This document shows positions 12,229 through 22,201 of a DNA stretch of 64,000 bases, in pieces. The notes below the pieces were generated by a model. That model had not been told where the DNA came from. It did no database searches and saw nothing but the letters and a program-made list of their open reading frames with translations. Within the stretch, counting starts at the first letter, position 1. Every line of letters begins with the position of its first letter. A program made the translations under genes and the position numbers. Origin of the DNA: Gammaproteobacteria bacterium (GTDB taxonomy: Bacteria > Pseudomonadota > Gammaproteobacteria > G965277405). Where the stretch lies: assembly GCA_965277405.1 (NCBI GenBank), contig OZ255726.1, positions 416,001 through 480,000 of the forward strand, given 5' to 3'.

Positions 12229-13110
12229 TCAGACAATTTTGGTATAATGATCCAACAACAAAATAATAAATAATGCAAATAAATAATATATTGAGACCCA
12301 AAATAAGCGGATGGCATGCTGTGGTTGGTGGTGGCGTACCAACTGCCATGTATAAAACCCGAACCACATATTGCACAACGTAGAACCAAATAAATACAAC
12401 AATCCAGACATGCCAGTCACATACGGCAACCACGTCGACATGATCATTAACAGCGTATACATGGCAATTTGCAAGCGGGTACACTCTTCACCAAACACGC
12501 TGATAAGCATCGGTATTTCCACCTTCGCGTATTCTTTTTTGCGATAAATTGCCAACGCCCAAAAATGGGGTGGCGTCCACAAAAAAATAATAATCACCAA
12601 CAACCACGCATACGGGTGTAACTGTCCTGTGACTGCGGTCCACCCGAGTAATGGCGGCATTGCCCCTGATAGTCCGCCGATGACTATATTTTGGGCTGTT
12701 ATTCGTTTCAAAAAACCAGTGTAAATAAGGGCATATCCTGCCCATGCCATCAAGGCAAGCCACGCTGTCAATGGGTTCACCAATACATATAATACTGCAA
12801 AACCGAGCAGCACCAGCAAGGTTGCAAAGATTAGCACCCGCTGCGCTGGCAATTGCCCGCTAGGTATTGGTCGAGATTGAGTGCGGTGCATCCGCGCGTC
12901 AATATGCCGGTCGATCACATGATTAACCGCCGCACCACTTCCAGCACACAACGCAATACCAAGGTTTCCTAAAATAATAACTTGCAGCGGTGGCAAACTA
13001 TCAACAGCGAGCAGCATCCCTACCACCGCAGTAACAAGCATGAGCAGCACGACCTGCGGCTTGCAGACAGTTATATACGCCGAGATTGAAATAAACGCTG
13101 CCTTGGCTAT
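12229..13110 (-). CDS. cyoE: Protoheme IX farnesyltransferase (heme O synthase); start uncertain, ATA 13110 or GTG 13050
   Basis: NHVIDRHIDARMHRTQSRP, FLWTPPHFWALA; the conserved YxxxxKPxV segment lies upstream of GTG 13050. Confidence 0.9.
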   Translation of the reverse strand: MAKAAFISISAYITVCKPQVVLLMLVTAVVGMLLAVDSLPPLQVIILGNLGIALCAGSGAAVNHVIDRHIDARMHRTQSRPIPSGQLPAQRVLIFATLLVLLGFAVLYVLVNPLTAWLALMAWAGYALIYTGFLKRITAQNIVIGGLSGAMPPLLGWTAVTGQLHPYAWLLVIIIFLWTPPHFWALAIYRKKEYAKVEIPMLISVFGEECTRLQIAMYTLLMIMSTWLPYVTGMSGLLYLFGSTLCNMWFGFYTWQLVRHHQPQHAIRLFWVSIYYLFALFIILLLDHYTKIV

Positions 13111-14483
13111 GCCGCTGCCAGCGCCGAATCAACTGCAGCTAAGACGATGTCTATATCTTCTTTGGTGCAAATAAAGGCAGGACTAAACAACAAAACATTA
13201 TTGCCATGTGAAAAACTTCTATTTGCAGCACCGATCAGCACCCCCTGTGCCTGACACGCTGCCACAATGCCTTGCGTAACACTATCAGCCACAGGTTGTT
13301 TGCTGTTACGATCGGCAACCAGCTCAGCCCCACAAAACAAACCCTTGCCACGAACATCGCCAACAATAGGGTGTTGCGCTTGTAGCTTTTGCAACCCAGC
13401 GAGGAGGTAGTCTCCCATTTGCTGGCAATTTTCCAACAGGTTATTTTGTACGATATATTCCATAGTGGCAAGCGCTGCGGCAGGGCCGCCTGTACAACCA
13501 CCAAACGTAGAAATATCACGGAAATAACTAGTTGTGTCATCTGGATTTTGTTTGAATAAGTCGAACACGCGCTCGGTTGTTACCGTGCAGGAAATTGCTG
13601 CATACCCAGCAGCAACACCTTTTGCCATGGTAACGATGTCTGGTTTTACTCCATAATGTTGGTAGCCAAACCACTTACCTGTCCGACCAATGCCACAAAC
13701 GACTTCATCAATGTGGAGTAAAATATTGTATTTCTCACAAATTTCTTGAACTATCTCCCAATACCCAGCGGCTGGCAACAATACTCCACCACCTGCTGTA
13801 ATTGGCTCTAGGCAGAGTCCGCCAATCGTATCTGGGTCTTCGCGCAAAATCACCGCTTCAATCGCGCGCGCAGCACGCACCCCGTAATCAGTCACATCAC
13901 CAAACTGTGAGCGGTATTCATAGCATTTTGGCACTTCTACAAAATCTGGGGTAAATGGACCATATTTATCACGGCGTTGTTCATGACCAGAAGCACTCAA
14001 GGCGGTAATAGTCGTGCCATGGTAGTCGCGGTCGCGGTATAAAATTTTGTTTTTCTTACCACCATATTGCTGCGCGGATATTTGGCGGACAATTTTGAAC
14101 CCTTTCTCGTTTGCCTCTGAGCCAGAATTAGAATAATACACTCTGTTCATCCCAGGCATTTTATTTATCAGTGCTTGCGAAAACTGCGCTGCGGGCACGG
14201 TGCCTGCGGAGCCTGAGTAAAAGTTCATTTTTACAATTGCTGTATACAGCGCATCCGCAACAAATGTATTGCCATAGCCAAGATTGGCAGTCCACACACC
14301 ACCTGAAGTAGCATCGACATATTCTTTGCCATCCGCATCCCACAACCTAATTCCTTTGCCTGCCACGATCACCATTGGGTCGACGGTTTCATATTTTATA
14401 TGTTGGGTTAAATGATGCCAAACATGGGCTCGGTCATTTGCTACAACCGCTGATAAATCTACATTTTTTAATGAATGAGACAT
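13107..14483 (-). CDS. Class III aminotransferase, taurine-pyruvate aminotransferase-like
   Basis: DRAHVWHHLTQH, SNSGSEANE, HIDEVVCGIGRTG, PDIVTMAKG (PLP lysine); AGGAGGA RBS before ATG 14483. Confidence 0.8.
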   Translation of the reverse strand: MSHSLKNVDLSAVVANDRAHVWHHLTQHIKYETVDPMVIVAGKGIRLWDADGKEYVDATSGGVWTANLGYGNTFVADALYTAIVKMNFYSGSAGTVPAAQFSQALINKMPGMNRVYYSNSGSEANEKGFKIVRQISAQQYGGKKNKILYRDRDYHGTTITALSASGHEQRRDKYGPFTPDFVEVPKCYEYRSQFGDVTDYGVRAARAIEAVILREDPDTIGGLCLEPITAGGGVLLPAAGYWEIVQEICEKYNILLHIDEVVCGIGRTGKWFGYQHYGVKPDIVTMAKGVAAGYAAISCTVTTERVFDLFKQNPDDTTSYFRDISTFGGCTGGPAAALATMEYIVQNNLLENCQQMGDYLLAGLQKLQAQHPIVGDVRGKGLFCGAELVADRNSKQPVADSVTQGIVAACQAQGVLIGAANRSFSHGNNVLLFSPAFICTKEDIDIVLAAVDSALAAA

Positions 14484-14773
14484 CAAATCCTCCTTTGTCA
14501 ACAATATAAAAAATTACTTTAGCAAACCATATCCGCCAATATCGGTTAATACACTAGCTGCTAATAAAAAGCATGTTCTGGATATTAGAACTGCTCACCT
14601 TAAATTACTAGTATTTTTACTTTGTTTCATTGGCATGGTCTGAGGTATATCAGCTTAAGTTGATGTGCTTGCTTCACTATACCTTGTGCAGGTCTGAGCA
14701 TACTGTACAAAATTATCTACCGTCATTAGTGATGTTTTGCTATGCTTGATTTACATATTATTATAGGAATTTT

Positions 14774-16207
14774 ATGAATAACACAGATGCTTTTTATATT
14801 GCTGGACACTGGAAAACATACGCAGACTTGCCACGGCGTGAGGTCACAAATCCAGCCAACAACAAGGTAATTGCCACCATCCATATGGCAGATGCAGCTG
14901 TGGTTGACGCAGCGGTAGCTGCAGCAAAACTCGCATTCACCAGTTATTCACGAACCACAAAAGAATACCGACTTGGACTATTAGATAAATTTCTCGACAT
15001 TTACAACCGCCGCTACGATGAAATGGCGGGGTGTATCAGCCAAGAAATGGGTGCACCAATCGATGTAGCACATAAATATCAAGCATGGGCTGGTGTCAAA
15101 CACACCAAAGGATACATACAAGCCTATACCGAGCAACAACAACGTACGCTGTTAGCCAATGGCGATACCGTAGTGCGCGAGCCAATTGGGGTATGCGGGC
15201 TAATCACACCGTGGAATTGGCCGATCAACCAAATATCACTAAAAACAATAGCTGCATTGGCAACTGGCTGTACCTGTGTACTCAAACCGTCAGAATACAC
15301 ACCACTGTCTGCGCAGTTATTCGCTGCAATAATCGACGAGGCTGGCTTCCCCGCTGGGACGTTTAACTTGATTCAAGGTGATGGCCCAAATGCTGGATCA
15401 CGGCTATCAAAGCATCCTGATATTCGTATGATTTCTTTTACTGGATCAACCCGCGCAGGGATTGCAATCAGCAAAGATGCAGCAGACACGGTGAAACGAG
15501 TCACCCTCGAACTTGGCGGTAAATCACCGAGTATTGTGTTTGCCGATGCTGATCTTAACACCACCGTCCGCGCTACTATTGGCGAGTTGTTGCTGAACTC
15601 TGGACAATCATGCGACGCCCCGACACGGCTATTGGTAGAGCGCGATGTCTACGATAGTGTGGTTGCTATTGCCAAAGATGTTGTAGACAACCAAACAGTA
15701 GGTGACCCAAGCAGCCACGGTGACCATCTTGGACCACTCGTCAATGAAATCCAATTCGACCGAGTACAAACACTTATTCAAGCGGGGATTGATGAAGGAG
15801 CACGGGTGGTATCAGGAGGCACTGGCAAGCCAGAAAATGGTGAAGATGGCTATTATGTGCGCCCAACAATTTTTGCTGACGTCCGCAACGATATGCGCAT
15901 TGCCCAAGAAGAAATTTTCGGCCCAGTAGTGGTGGTCATTCCTTTTGATACTGAAGACGAAGCCATCCAAATTGCCAACGACACGCCGTATGGGCTGGCC
16001 GCATACGTACAAACACAGGACCGCGACCGTGCCGAACGTGTTGCCGCACAATTGCAAGTTGGTGCAGTGCATATTAATAATGCTGGGCTACAACCAGGCT
16101 CACCTTTTGGTGGATTCAAACAATCAGGTAATGGTCGTGAAGGCGGTATTTTTGGTATCGAAGATTATCAAGAAGTGAAAACTCTTCACTTTGGTGGTGG
16201 AATCTAA
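14774..16207 (+). CDS. NAD-dependent aldehyde dehydrogenase
   Basis: ITPWNWP, FTGS, LELGGKS, NSGQSCDA, EEIFGP and PFGGFKQSG all intact. Confidence 0.92.
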   Translation: MNNTDAFYIAGHWKTYADLPRREVTNPANNKVIATIHMADAAVVDAAVAAAKLAFTSYSRTTKEYRLGLLDKFLDIYNRRYDEMAGCISQEMGAPIDVAHKYQAWAGVKHTKGYIQAYTEQQQRTLLANGDTVVREPIGVCGLITPWNWPINQISLKTIAALATGCTCVLKPSEYTPLSAQLFAAIIDEAGFPAGTFNLIQGDGPNAGSRLSKHPDIRMISFTGSTRAGIAISKDAADTVKRVTLELGGKSPSIVFADADLNTTVRATIGELLLNSGQSCDAPTRLLVERDVYDSVVAIAKDVVDNQTVGDPSSHGDHLGPLVNEIQFDRVQTLIQAGIDEGARVVSGGTGKPENGEDGYYVRPTIFADVRNDMRIAQEEIFGPVVVVIPFDTEDEAIQIANDTPYGLAAYVQTQDRDRAERVAAQLQVGAVHINNAGLQPGSPFGGFKQSGNGREGGIFGIEDYQEVKTLHFGGGI

Positions 16208-16226
16208 CCTCCTTAAAAAAACCTAT

Positions 16227-16370
16227 GGAAGCTCTGACTAACTCGCTGATTGCGCGAGTTAGCCTGCAATTGACAGGCGCATGCCGTAGCATATACGCCA
16301 AGGGATGCAACATAGTAAGCAATTGCCGCAAACCAAGAGTATATGCAACAGCGGACAGCAAACAACAGCG
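16227..16370. mobile_element. Truncated MITE copy 4 (end-B half)
   Basis: GGAAGCTCTGACTAACTCGC...GCATATACGCCAAGGGATGCAAC; lies between convergent genes and ends at the djlA stop. Confidence 0.82.
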
Positions 16371-17111
16371 CTAGCGTGAATCCATAATTTGTCGGTAAGC
16401 TCGAGCAATTTCAGCTGTTTTTTTGTTGGCTATTTCAATCATCTCTTCTGGTAGACCACGCGAGGTCAACTTATCTGGGTGGTTTTCTTTCATCAATACG
16501 CGATACTTTCTCTTTACTTCGTTTTTTGTTGCCTGCGGATGCAAATCGAGCACCTGATACGCTTCTGCTATAGTATTTTCACCAAGCCCCATGGAATGGC
16601 GCACCGCCTGCTCGACTGCATCCATAGTATGTTGTGCAATATTCAGTGCCTCACCAATTTTTTTGATAATCGCTTTTTCTGCACGATGCAACTTGCCATC
16701 GCCATACGCGCTATACAACAACATTTGCATCATCGTGGTTTTTAAGTGAGGGTGGGTTATGTATTCGCTTGCCTGTTGCAATAGCTTTTCAATATTAAAA
16801 TCATCACGTTTGCCGATGTTAAAAAGCTTAATCGCCGCTTGCTGTTGTTGCTCGTTTAGGCGCATTTGCCGAAAAACTTCCCTGGCTATATTGATTTCAT
16901 GTTGCGAAATAACACCATCAGCCTTGGCAATATGTCCCATCAGCGTAAAAACAGTGCTAAAAAAAACCGCCTGCGACTGCTCGGTGTGGGACATAGAGCT
17001 TTTCAGCCCTTTGTCAAATGAATGCCCAAATGCAGCGCCTAGCACCAAACCAAGCGGCCCACCCATGGCAAAGCCAAGGGCACCACCAACTATTTTTCCC
17101 CACCAGCTCAT
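16371..17111 (-). CDS. djlA: Co-chaperone DjlA
   Basis: MSWWGKIVGGALG, TerB-like AKADG, C-terminal J domain with HPDKL; ATGA overlap with pdxH. Confidence 0.92.
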   Translation of the reverse strand: MSWWGKIVGGALGFAMGGPLGLVLGAAFGHSFDKGLKSSMSHTEQSQAVFFSTVFTLMGHIAKADGVISQHEINIAREVFRQMRLNEQQQQAAIKLFNIGKRDDFNIEKLLQQASEYITHPHLKTTMMQMLLYSAYGDGKLHRAEKAIIKKIGEALNIAQHTMDAVEQAVRHSMGLGENTIAEAYQVLDLHPQATKNEVKRKYRVLMKENHPDKLTSRGLPEEMIEIANKKTAEIARAYRQIMDSR

Positions 17112-17719
17112 GGGTATAACCTCACAATTTTCCACTTGTTGTGTTGTTGTGTAAACGTGACACGTTGATGCAAACGCCCTGCACTGCCTTGCCAAAATTC
17201 AAAATATTTTGGTTGTAAAACATATCCACCCCAATGCGCAGGGAGGGGTATCTCCTGTTTAGCGAATTGCTTCTTAATACTTTTAATACGCTGTTCAAGC
17301 TCGGTAATACTTGCCAAGGGCTGACTTTGTTTGGATGCCCAAGCACCAACCTTGCTCAAATGGGGGCGACTTTGAAAGTAGGTATTTGACTCCTGTATAT
17401 TCATCGTTTTAATCGTGCCTTCAATGCGAATCTGCCGTTCATTTTCAGCATCATATATCAGTGCAGCTACGTTGTTGTTTTTTTTAATTTCTTTACCTTT
17501 GCGGCTGTGATAATTAGTATAAAAATAAAATCCTTGCTTCCTATCGAAACCTTTTAACAATACTGTGCGCAATGATGGCGTACTTGTTGTTGAGACGGTA
17601 GCCAAAAAAACAGCATTGGGGTTTTTTACTTGTTGCATAGACAATTGATTAAACCAAGCTGCAAATGCATTCCAAGGATCACTACCCAGCACTGCCACAA
17701 GGTCATTTAATTTAGTCAT
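17108..17719 (-). CDS. pdxH: Pyridoxamine 5'-phosphate oxidase
   Basis: RTVLLK, YTNYHSRKG, EFWQG...RLHQR...RLYP. Confidence 0.95.
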   Translation of the reverse strand: MTKLNDLVAVLGSDPWNAFAAWFNQLSMQQVKNPNAVFLATVSTTSTPSLRTVLLKGFDRKQGFYFYTNYHSRKGKEIKKNNNVAALIYDAENERQIRIEGTIKTMNIQESNTYFQSRPHLSKVGAWASKQSQPLASITELEQRIKSIKKQFAKQEIPLPAHWGGYVLQPKYFEFWQGSAGRLHQRVTFTQQHNKWKIVRLYP

Positions 17720-17838
17720 ACGCGTATTGTAATACTGTTTCTAAGGAATAAAAGCAGCGTGAATTGTCTCTATTTCCTAGCTAACATGATACATTTTGTT
17801 AGATTTTATTTTATTGTTTTTACAGTAGTTTTCCGTTA

Positions 17839-18708
17839 ATGAGACGACTAAACGCCCACACAAGAATTAACTACCGCGACCCTGGCGGATATCTGCTGCT
17901 GATTTTTTTTTCACTAATGTTAACGCTTGCTGACTATAGAACAACTTGGTTAGATTCCCCAAAACATATACTAGCCGCAATAGCGACACCTTTTTATGAT
18001 GGCGTTTTTTTTGTTGCTGCATTGTTTAATACCAGCGATAATTTTTTTTCTGACCATTTTGCATTGCGCGACGAACTTGAACAAGCACAATTAACAATTA
18101 GCGAGCTAGAAGTGCAACTATCATCAATAAAATCATTGCAGCAAGAAAACAATGAATTGCGAACGCTGATCAATGTAGACTTGCGCAGCGAACAACAGCT
18201 CGTCATTGGTGAGTTAGTCAGCATCAATCAAGCTAATATTGCCAAGGAAGCTGTTATCAACCGTGGTACAAGTACTGGCATCGCTGCAGGACATGCCATT
18301 ATTAACGCGCAAGGGCTGCTTGGTCAAGTTGCCTCTATCAGCGCGGCATATAGCAAAATAATTTTGGTGAATGACATCCGTTTTGGCGTCCCTGTCGAAG
18401 TGCTTGGCAAAGGTATTCGCTTCAATCTTTTTGGCAAAGGCACGAATCTACTAGAAAGTGATGCTCTGAAGTATATGCGCGATATTGCCGTTGACGATTT
18501 ATTAATAACCTCTGGTTTAGGCCATGTTTTTCCCCGCGGAATTGAAGTCGCCCTGGTAGTGCAAATACATACAAGCAGTGCAAGCAATGAAACCACAATA
18601 CAAGCGCAACCTGTCGCAAAAGTCCATTCCAGCCCATATATTTATGCAGTGTTAGCCAAGCAAGTTGATGCCGAAATCAGCGCGCCTGGCGCTGATTCCT
18701 CACTGTGA
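17839..18708 (+). CDS. mreC: Rod shape-determining protein MreC
   Basis: N-terminal TM segment, coiled coil with ENNELR, INRG...GLLGQV, LITSGLGHVFPRGIEV. Confidence 0.88.
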   Translation: MRRLNAHTRINYRDPGGYLLLIFFSLMLTLADYRTTWLDSPKHILAAIATPFYDGVFFVAALFNTSDNFFSDHFALRDELEQAQLTISELEVQLSSIKSLQQENNELRTLINVDLRSEQQLVIGELVSINQANIAKEAVINRGTSTGIAAGHAIINAQGLLGQVASISAAYSKIILVNDIRFGVPVEVLGKGIRFNLFGKGTNLLESDALKYMRDIAVDDLLITSGLGHVFPRGIEVALVVQIHTSSASNETTIQAQPVAKVHSSPYIYAVLAKQVDAEISAPGADSSL

Positions 18709-19169
18709 TGATGCGTCAGTTACTATATGGAATAATTGGGGTGGCAGCACTGTTTCTAGAGATTGTATATTGTCACTTTTTTTCTTCGTATCAAGTGCAA
18801 ATTTTCTTTGTGGCGTTGCTATTGATGCATGACAATACCTGCCCAATTCATCCCATAGTAGTAGCCGCATTGTGCTTATTATATGATTCGAGTAGGGTTG
18901 CGATATTAGGTAGTAGCTTACTTACTTGCAGCATTATTCTTTACATCACCACGGTATTGTATAATGCCAACTTATTGCAAAGATCGTTTGCGCAATTTAA
19001 TGTGGTATTCTGCATAGTAATAGCGTTTATACTTGCCAATCAAAGCATAACTTTGGGGCTAGCGTCTATTGTCGATCAACCGATAATCCCAATGCTTATT
19101 AACGCATCCATCAGCACGTTGCTATGGTATATATGCGCTAGCATTATGCGTATTGTAGCGCTATATTAA
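18705..19169 (+). CDS. mreD: Membrane protein, probably a divergent MreD
   Basis: 154 aa, hydrophobic, overlaps the mreC stop; LLYDS...LG motif. Confidence 0.6.
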   Translation: MMMRQLLYGIIGVAALFLEIVYCHFFSSYQVQIFFVALLLMHDNTCPIHPIVVAALCLLYDSSRVAILGSSLLTCSIILYITTVLYNANLLQRSFAQFNVVFCIVIAFILANQSITLGLASIVDQPIIPMLINASISTLLWYICASIMRIVALY

Positions 19170-19793
19170 CGCTGACAGTGTTGCGAAGAACTTCGCGATT
19201 TTATTGCTGTCTTTAACACCTTTTGCTGCCTCTACGCCGCTGCTAACATCGAGTGCGTAAGGCTGCGTTGTCACAATCGATTCGGCAACAATATCTGCGT
19301 TAATCCCACCAGCAAGCACCAACAACTTGTTGCGATCAGGCGGAATAACAGACCAATTTGCCTGCCTGCCCGTGCCGCCACGTTCGACTGGCGCGTAGGC
19401 ATCAACGAGTAAAGCAGCCGCGCTTTGATATTGTTGCTCGGCAATATTCCAGTCATCTAGGTGATGCAGGCTGACGCCTTTAAAATAACGCATCTTGAAC
19501 TGTTGGCAAAAATCTTCAGTTTCATCACCATGAAACTGCAATGTATCAATAGCGTGGCTTTGTATTGCTGCTTTGACTTGGGCAACACTTGGGTTCACGA
19601 AGACCCCGACTGTGCTTATAAATGGCGGTATATTCCGCGTAATAAGCGCTGCTTGCTGTGCTGGAATATAGCGTGCGCTTGATTCCCACAAAACATAGCC
19701 AATGGCATCAGCTCCATGGCTAACGGCCAACTGCGCATCTGCAAGCGAGGTTATCCCGCAGATTTTAACCTTTGGTAGTCGCCGCAGCTTCAC
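19161..19793 (-). CDS. trpF: Phosphoribosylanthranilate isomerase
   Basis: VKICGIT, LQFHGDE, GGTG, LAGG, LDVSSGVE. Confidence 0.95.
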   Translation of the reverse strand: MKLRRLPKVKICGITSLADAQLAVSHGADAIGYVLWESSARYIPAQQAALITRNIPPFISTVGVFVNPSVAQVKAAIQSHAIDTLQFHGDETEDFCQQFKMRYFKGVSLHHLDDWNIAEQQYQSAAALLVDAYAPVERGGTGRQANWSVIPPDRNKLLVLAGGINADIVAESIVTTQPYALDVSSGVEAAKGVKDSNKIAKFFATLSALI

Positions 19794-20572
19794 GTACGAA
19801 TACCGACACCGCGTTCAACTAGGAGCGTTGCTGTACAGAAAAATAGTATTGAAAACACAAACAAGATGGCAAAAGCAAAATTCAAATCAACGTCAGTAAT
19901 TCCTAAAAACCCATAGCGAAAACCGTTGACTAAATACAATATTGGGTTTGCGTATGATAGGTTGCGAAAAAACTCAGGGAGTAAATCGATTGAATAAAAC
20001 ACCCCACCCAGATACGTCAATGGTGTTAGTACAAATGTCGGTATGATTGACACATCATCAAATGTCCGGGCAAAAATCGCGTTAATTAACCCTGCCAGCG
20101 AAAACAACAACGAAGTCATCACGATAAACACGATTGTCACCACGACACTATGAATGTGGATGTTTGTAAAAAACAATGAAACGCCAGTCACTATTAACGC
20201 CACGCTCAGACCACGCAACATTCCACCAGTACAATAGCCAATAACTATGATATAGCTTGGGGTTGGAGATACCAGCAACTCTTCGTGTGAACGCTGAAAT
20301 TTTGCTCCAAAAAATGACGAGACGACATTCATATACGAGTTGGTGATTACTGCCAGCATAATCAACCCAGGGATAATATACTCGATATAAGTGACCCCAG
20401 CCATGCCACCAATTCGCGGCCCAATCAACTTACCAAAAATCAAAAAATACAACACCATCGTAATGGCTGGTGGCAGCAGTGTTTGCAGCCAAATACGGGT
20501 AATACGTTGAAATTCTTTACGACATATCGTAGCTAAGCTGCGCCAAGCTTGCTGGGTTCTTGTTGGGGTCAT
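19790..20572 (-). CDS. yadH: ABC-2 type transporter permease (YadH-like)
   Basis: RIWLQTLLPPAITMVLYF, TPLTYLGGVFYSI. Confidence 0.88.
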   Translation of the reverse strand: MTPTRTQQAWRSLATICRKEFQRITRIWLQTLLPPAITMVLYFLIFGKLIGPRIGGMAGVTYIEYIIPGLIMLAVITNSYMNVVSSFFGAKFQRSHEELLVSPTPSYIIVIGYCTGGMLRGLSVALIVTGVSLFFTNIHIHSVVVTIVFIVMTSLLFSLAGLINAIFARTFDDVSIIPTFVLTPLTYLGGVFYSIDLLPEFFRNLSYANPILYLVNGFRYGFLGITDVDLNFAFAILFVFSILFFCTATLLVERGVGIRT

Positions 20573-21483
20573 TGTATTGATGTTAAATTAACAAACAATT
20601 CTTCAAGCTGCCCACTGGTTGGGGTAATGCTGGCAACTTGTATTTGATTTCTTGATAACTGGTAAAATAGCGTATTCAACGAATAATCTCTTGATGTTGT
20701 TACATGGAGCGTTGTCTCATCAAGATAGCGAACTTGTACATTGCGCAATGCTGGAGCCTGTTGCATTTGGGTGATTGTAACAATTTTATACGTTTGTCTA
20801 TCAACCGTTGTTAACAACTTCTTCATCGAGGTATCCACAATAATTTCACCAGCTTTGATAATCGCGATATTGCGGCACAGCCGCTCCGCTTCTTCTAAAT
20901 AATGTGTTGTCAAAATTATTGTTGTGCCTGATGCGTTTAATTCTTCCAAGAAATTCCACACTGAGCGTCGAATTTCTACGTCCACGCCTGCAGTTGGTTC
21001 GTCAAGGATCAAAATTTTGGGTTGATGGACGAGCGCACGCGCAATCATCAAGCGGCGTTTCATCCCTCCGGATAACTCTCCTACTACATCGTTGCGTTTG
21101 TCCCAAAGTTCCAACTGTTGCAAATAATGTTTTGCATTTGCCTGCGCTTCTTGCAGCGTTAATCCATAATATCCACCTTGCTGCACAACAACTCTAGCCG
21201 TTTTTTCAAAAACATTCAGGTTAATTTCTTGCGGGACAAAGCCGATAAGGCGCTTCGCTGCCCATGGAGCAGCATGCAAATCATGACCGAATACCTCGAC
21301 ACGCCCAGAGGTAATATTCACCAACGTGGCAACGATGCCAATTGTTGTCGACTTCCCTGCGCCATTTTTGCCAAGCAATGCAAAAAAGTCACCTTCTTTA
21401 ATTTCGAGGTTAATGCCTTTTAATGCATGGACACGGTTGTTATAGGTTTTGTGTAAGTCGTATAACCGCAACGCGTTAATCAT
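20569..21483 (-). CDS. yadG: ABC transporter ATP-binding protein (YadG-like)
   Basis: Walker A GKNGAGKST, LSGGMKRR signature, ILDEPT. Confidence 0.88.
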   Translation of the reverse strand: MINALRLYDLHKTYNNRVHALKGINLEIKEGDFFALLGKNGAGKSTTIGIVATLVNITSGRVEVFGHDLHAAPWAAKRLIGFVPQEINLNVFEKTARVVVQQGGYYGLTLQEAQANAKHYLQQLELWDKRNDVVGELSGGMKRRLMIARALVHQPKILILDEPTAGVDVEIRRSVWNFLEELNASGTTIILTTHYLEEAERLCRNIAIIKAGEIIVDTSMKKLLTTVDRQTYKIVTITQMQQAPALRNVQVRYLDETTLHVTTSRDYSLNTLFYQLSRNQIQVASITPTSGQLEELFVNLTSIQ

Positions 21484-22181
21484 GGATTTGCTTCCTTGTG
21501 TTGCGTATAAATATCTTGTATTTGCCGCATATACGCAGCGTGTTGCTGCATTTCTTGTTGATTCGGCTGAATGACCTGTAGCGTGCGTTGATTGTTAGGA
21601 ATGCTGTCAAATTTATTATCCACAGTACTGCTACTTGGATTGAGCAGCAACTCCTGTTGTTCACCTGTCAACGCCAAATATACTTTCGCCAGCATCTGCG
21701 TATCAATAAGCGCACCGTGATGTTGGTCACGGAGGTTTACCATTCCTAGCTTTTTTACCACCGCGTCAAGATTAACAGCGCCTGTAAATTTTTGCTTCGC
21801 AAATATCATGGTATCGATGACACCATTGCAACACTTTTCGATCTGCTGGTATGATTCCCCCGCGTTATTTAATCGCTGTATCTCGCTGTTGAGCATTGCC
21901 AAATCAAATGGCGCATTATGGGCGACAATATCAGCATCCTTAATGAACGTAAGAAATTCTTCGATTACATCAGCAAAGATTGGTTTATTGTGTAGAAAAT
22001 CATCACTAATACCATGGACATGAAATGACCCAGGGCTAACAGGCACAGCTGGCTTTACATAGGTATGCCAAAACTTCCCGGTGATTTTTCTATTCCAAAT
22101 TTCTACCGCTGCTATTTCAATAACTTGTTCGGTTTTAGGATTCAGACCAGTCGTTTCAGTATCAAAACATACAAGACGCAT
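21480..22181 (-). CDS. dnaQ: DNA polymerase III epsilon subunit
   Basis: DTETTG, AHNAPFD, HGALID (DEDDh motifs). Confidence 0.93.
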   Translation of the reverse strand: MRLVCFDTETTGLNPKTEQVIEIAAVEIWNRKITGKFWHTYVKPAVPVSPGSFHVHGISDDFLHNKPIFADVIEEFLTFIKDADIVAHNAPFDLAMLNSEIQRLNNAGESYQQIEKCCNGVIDTMIFAKQKFTGAVNLDAVVKKLGMVNLRDQHHGALIDTQMLAKVYLALTGEQQELLLNPSSSTVDNKFDSIPNNQRTLQVIQPNQQEMQQHAAYMRQIQDIYTQHKEANP

Positions 22182-22201
22182 TTAAGAACCTCAGAAGAAA
22201 C

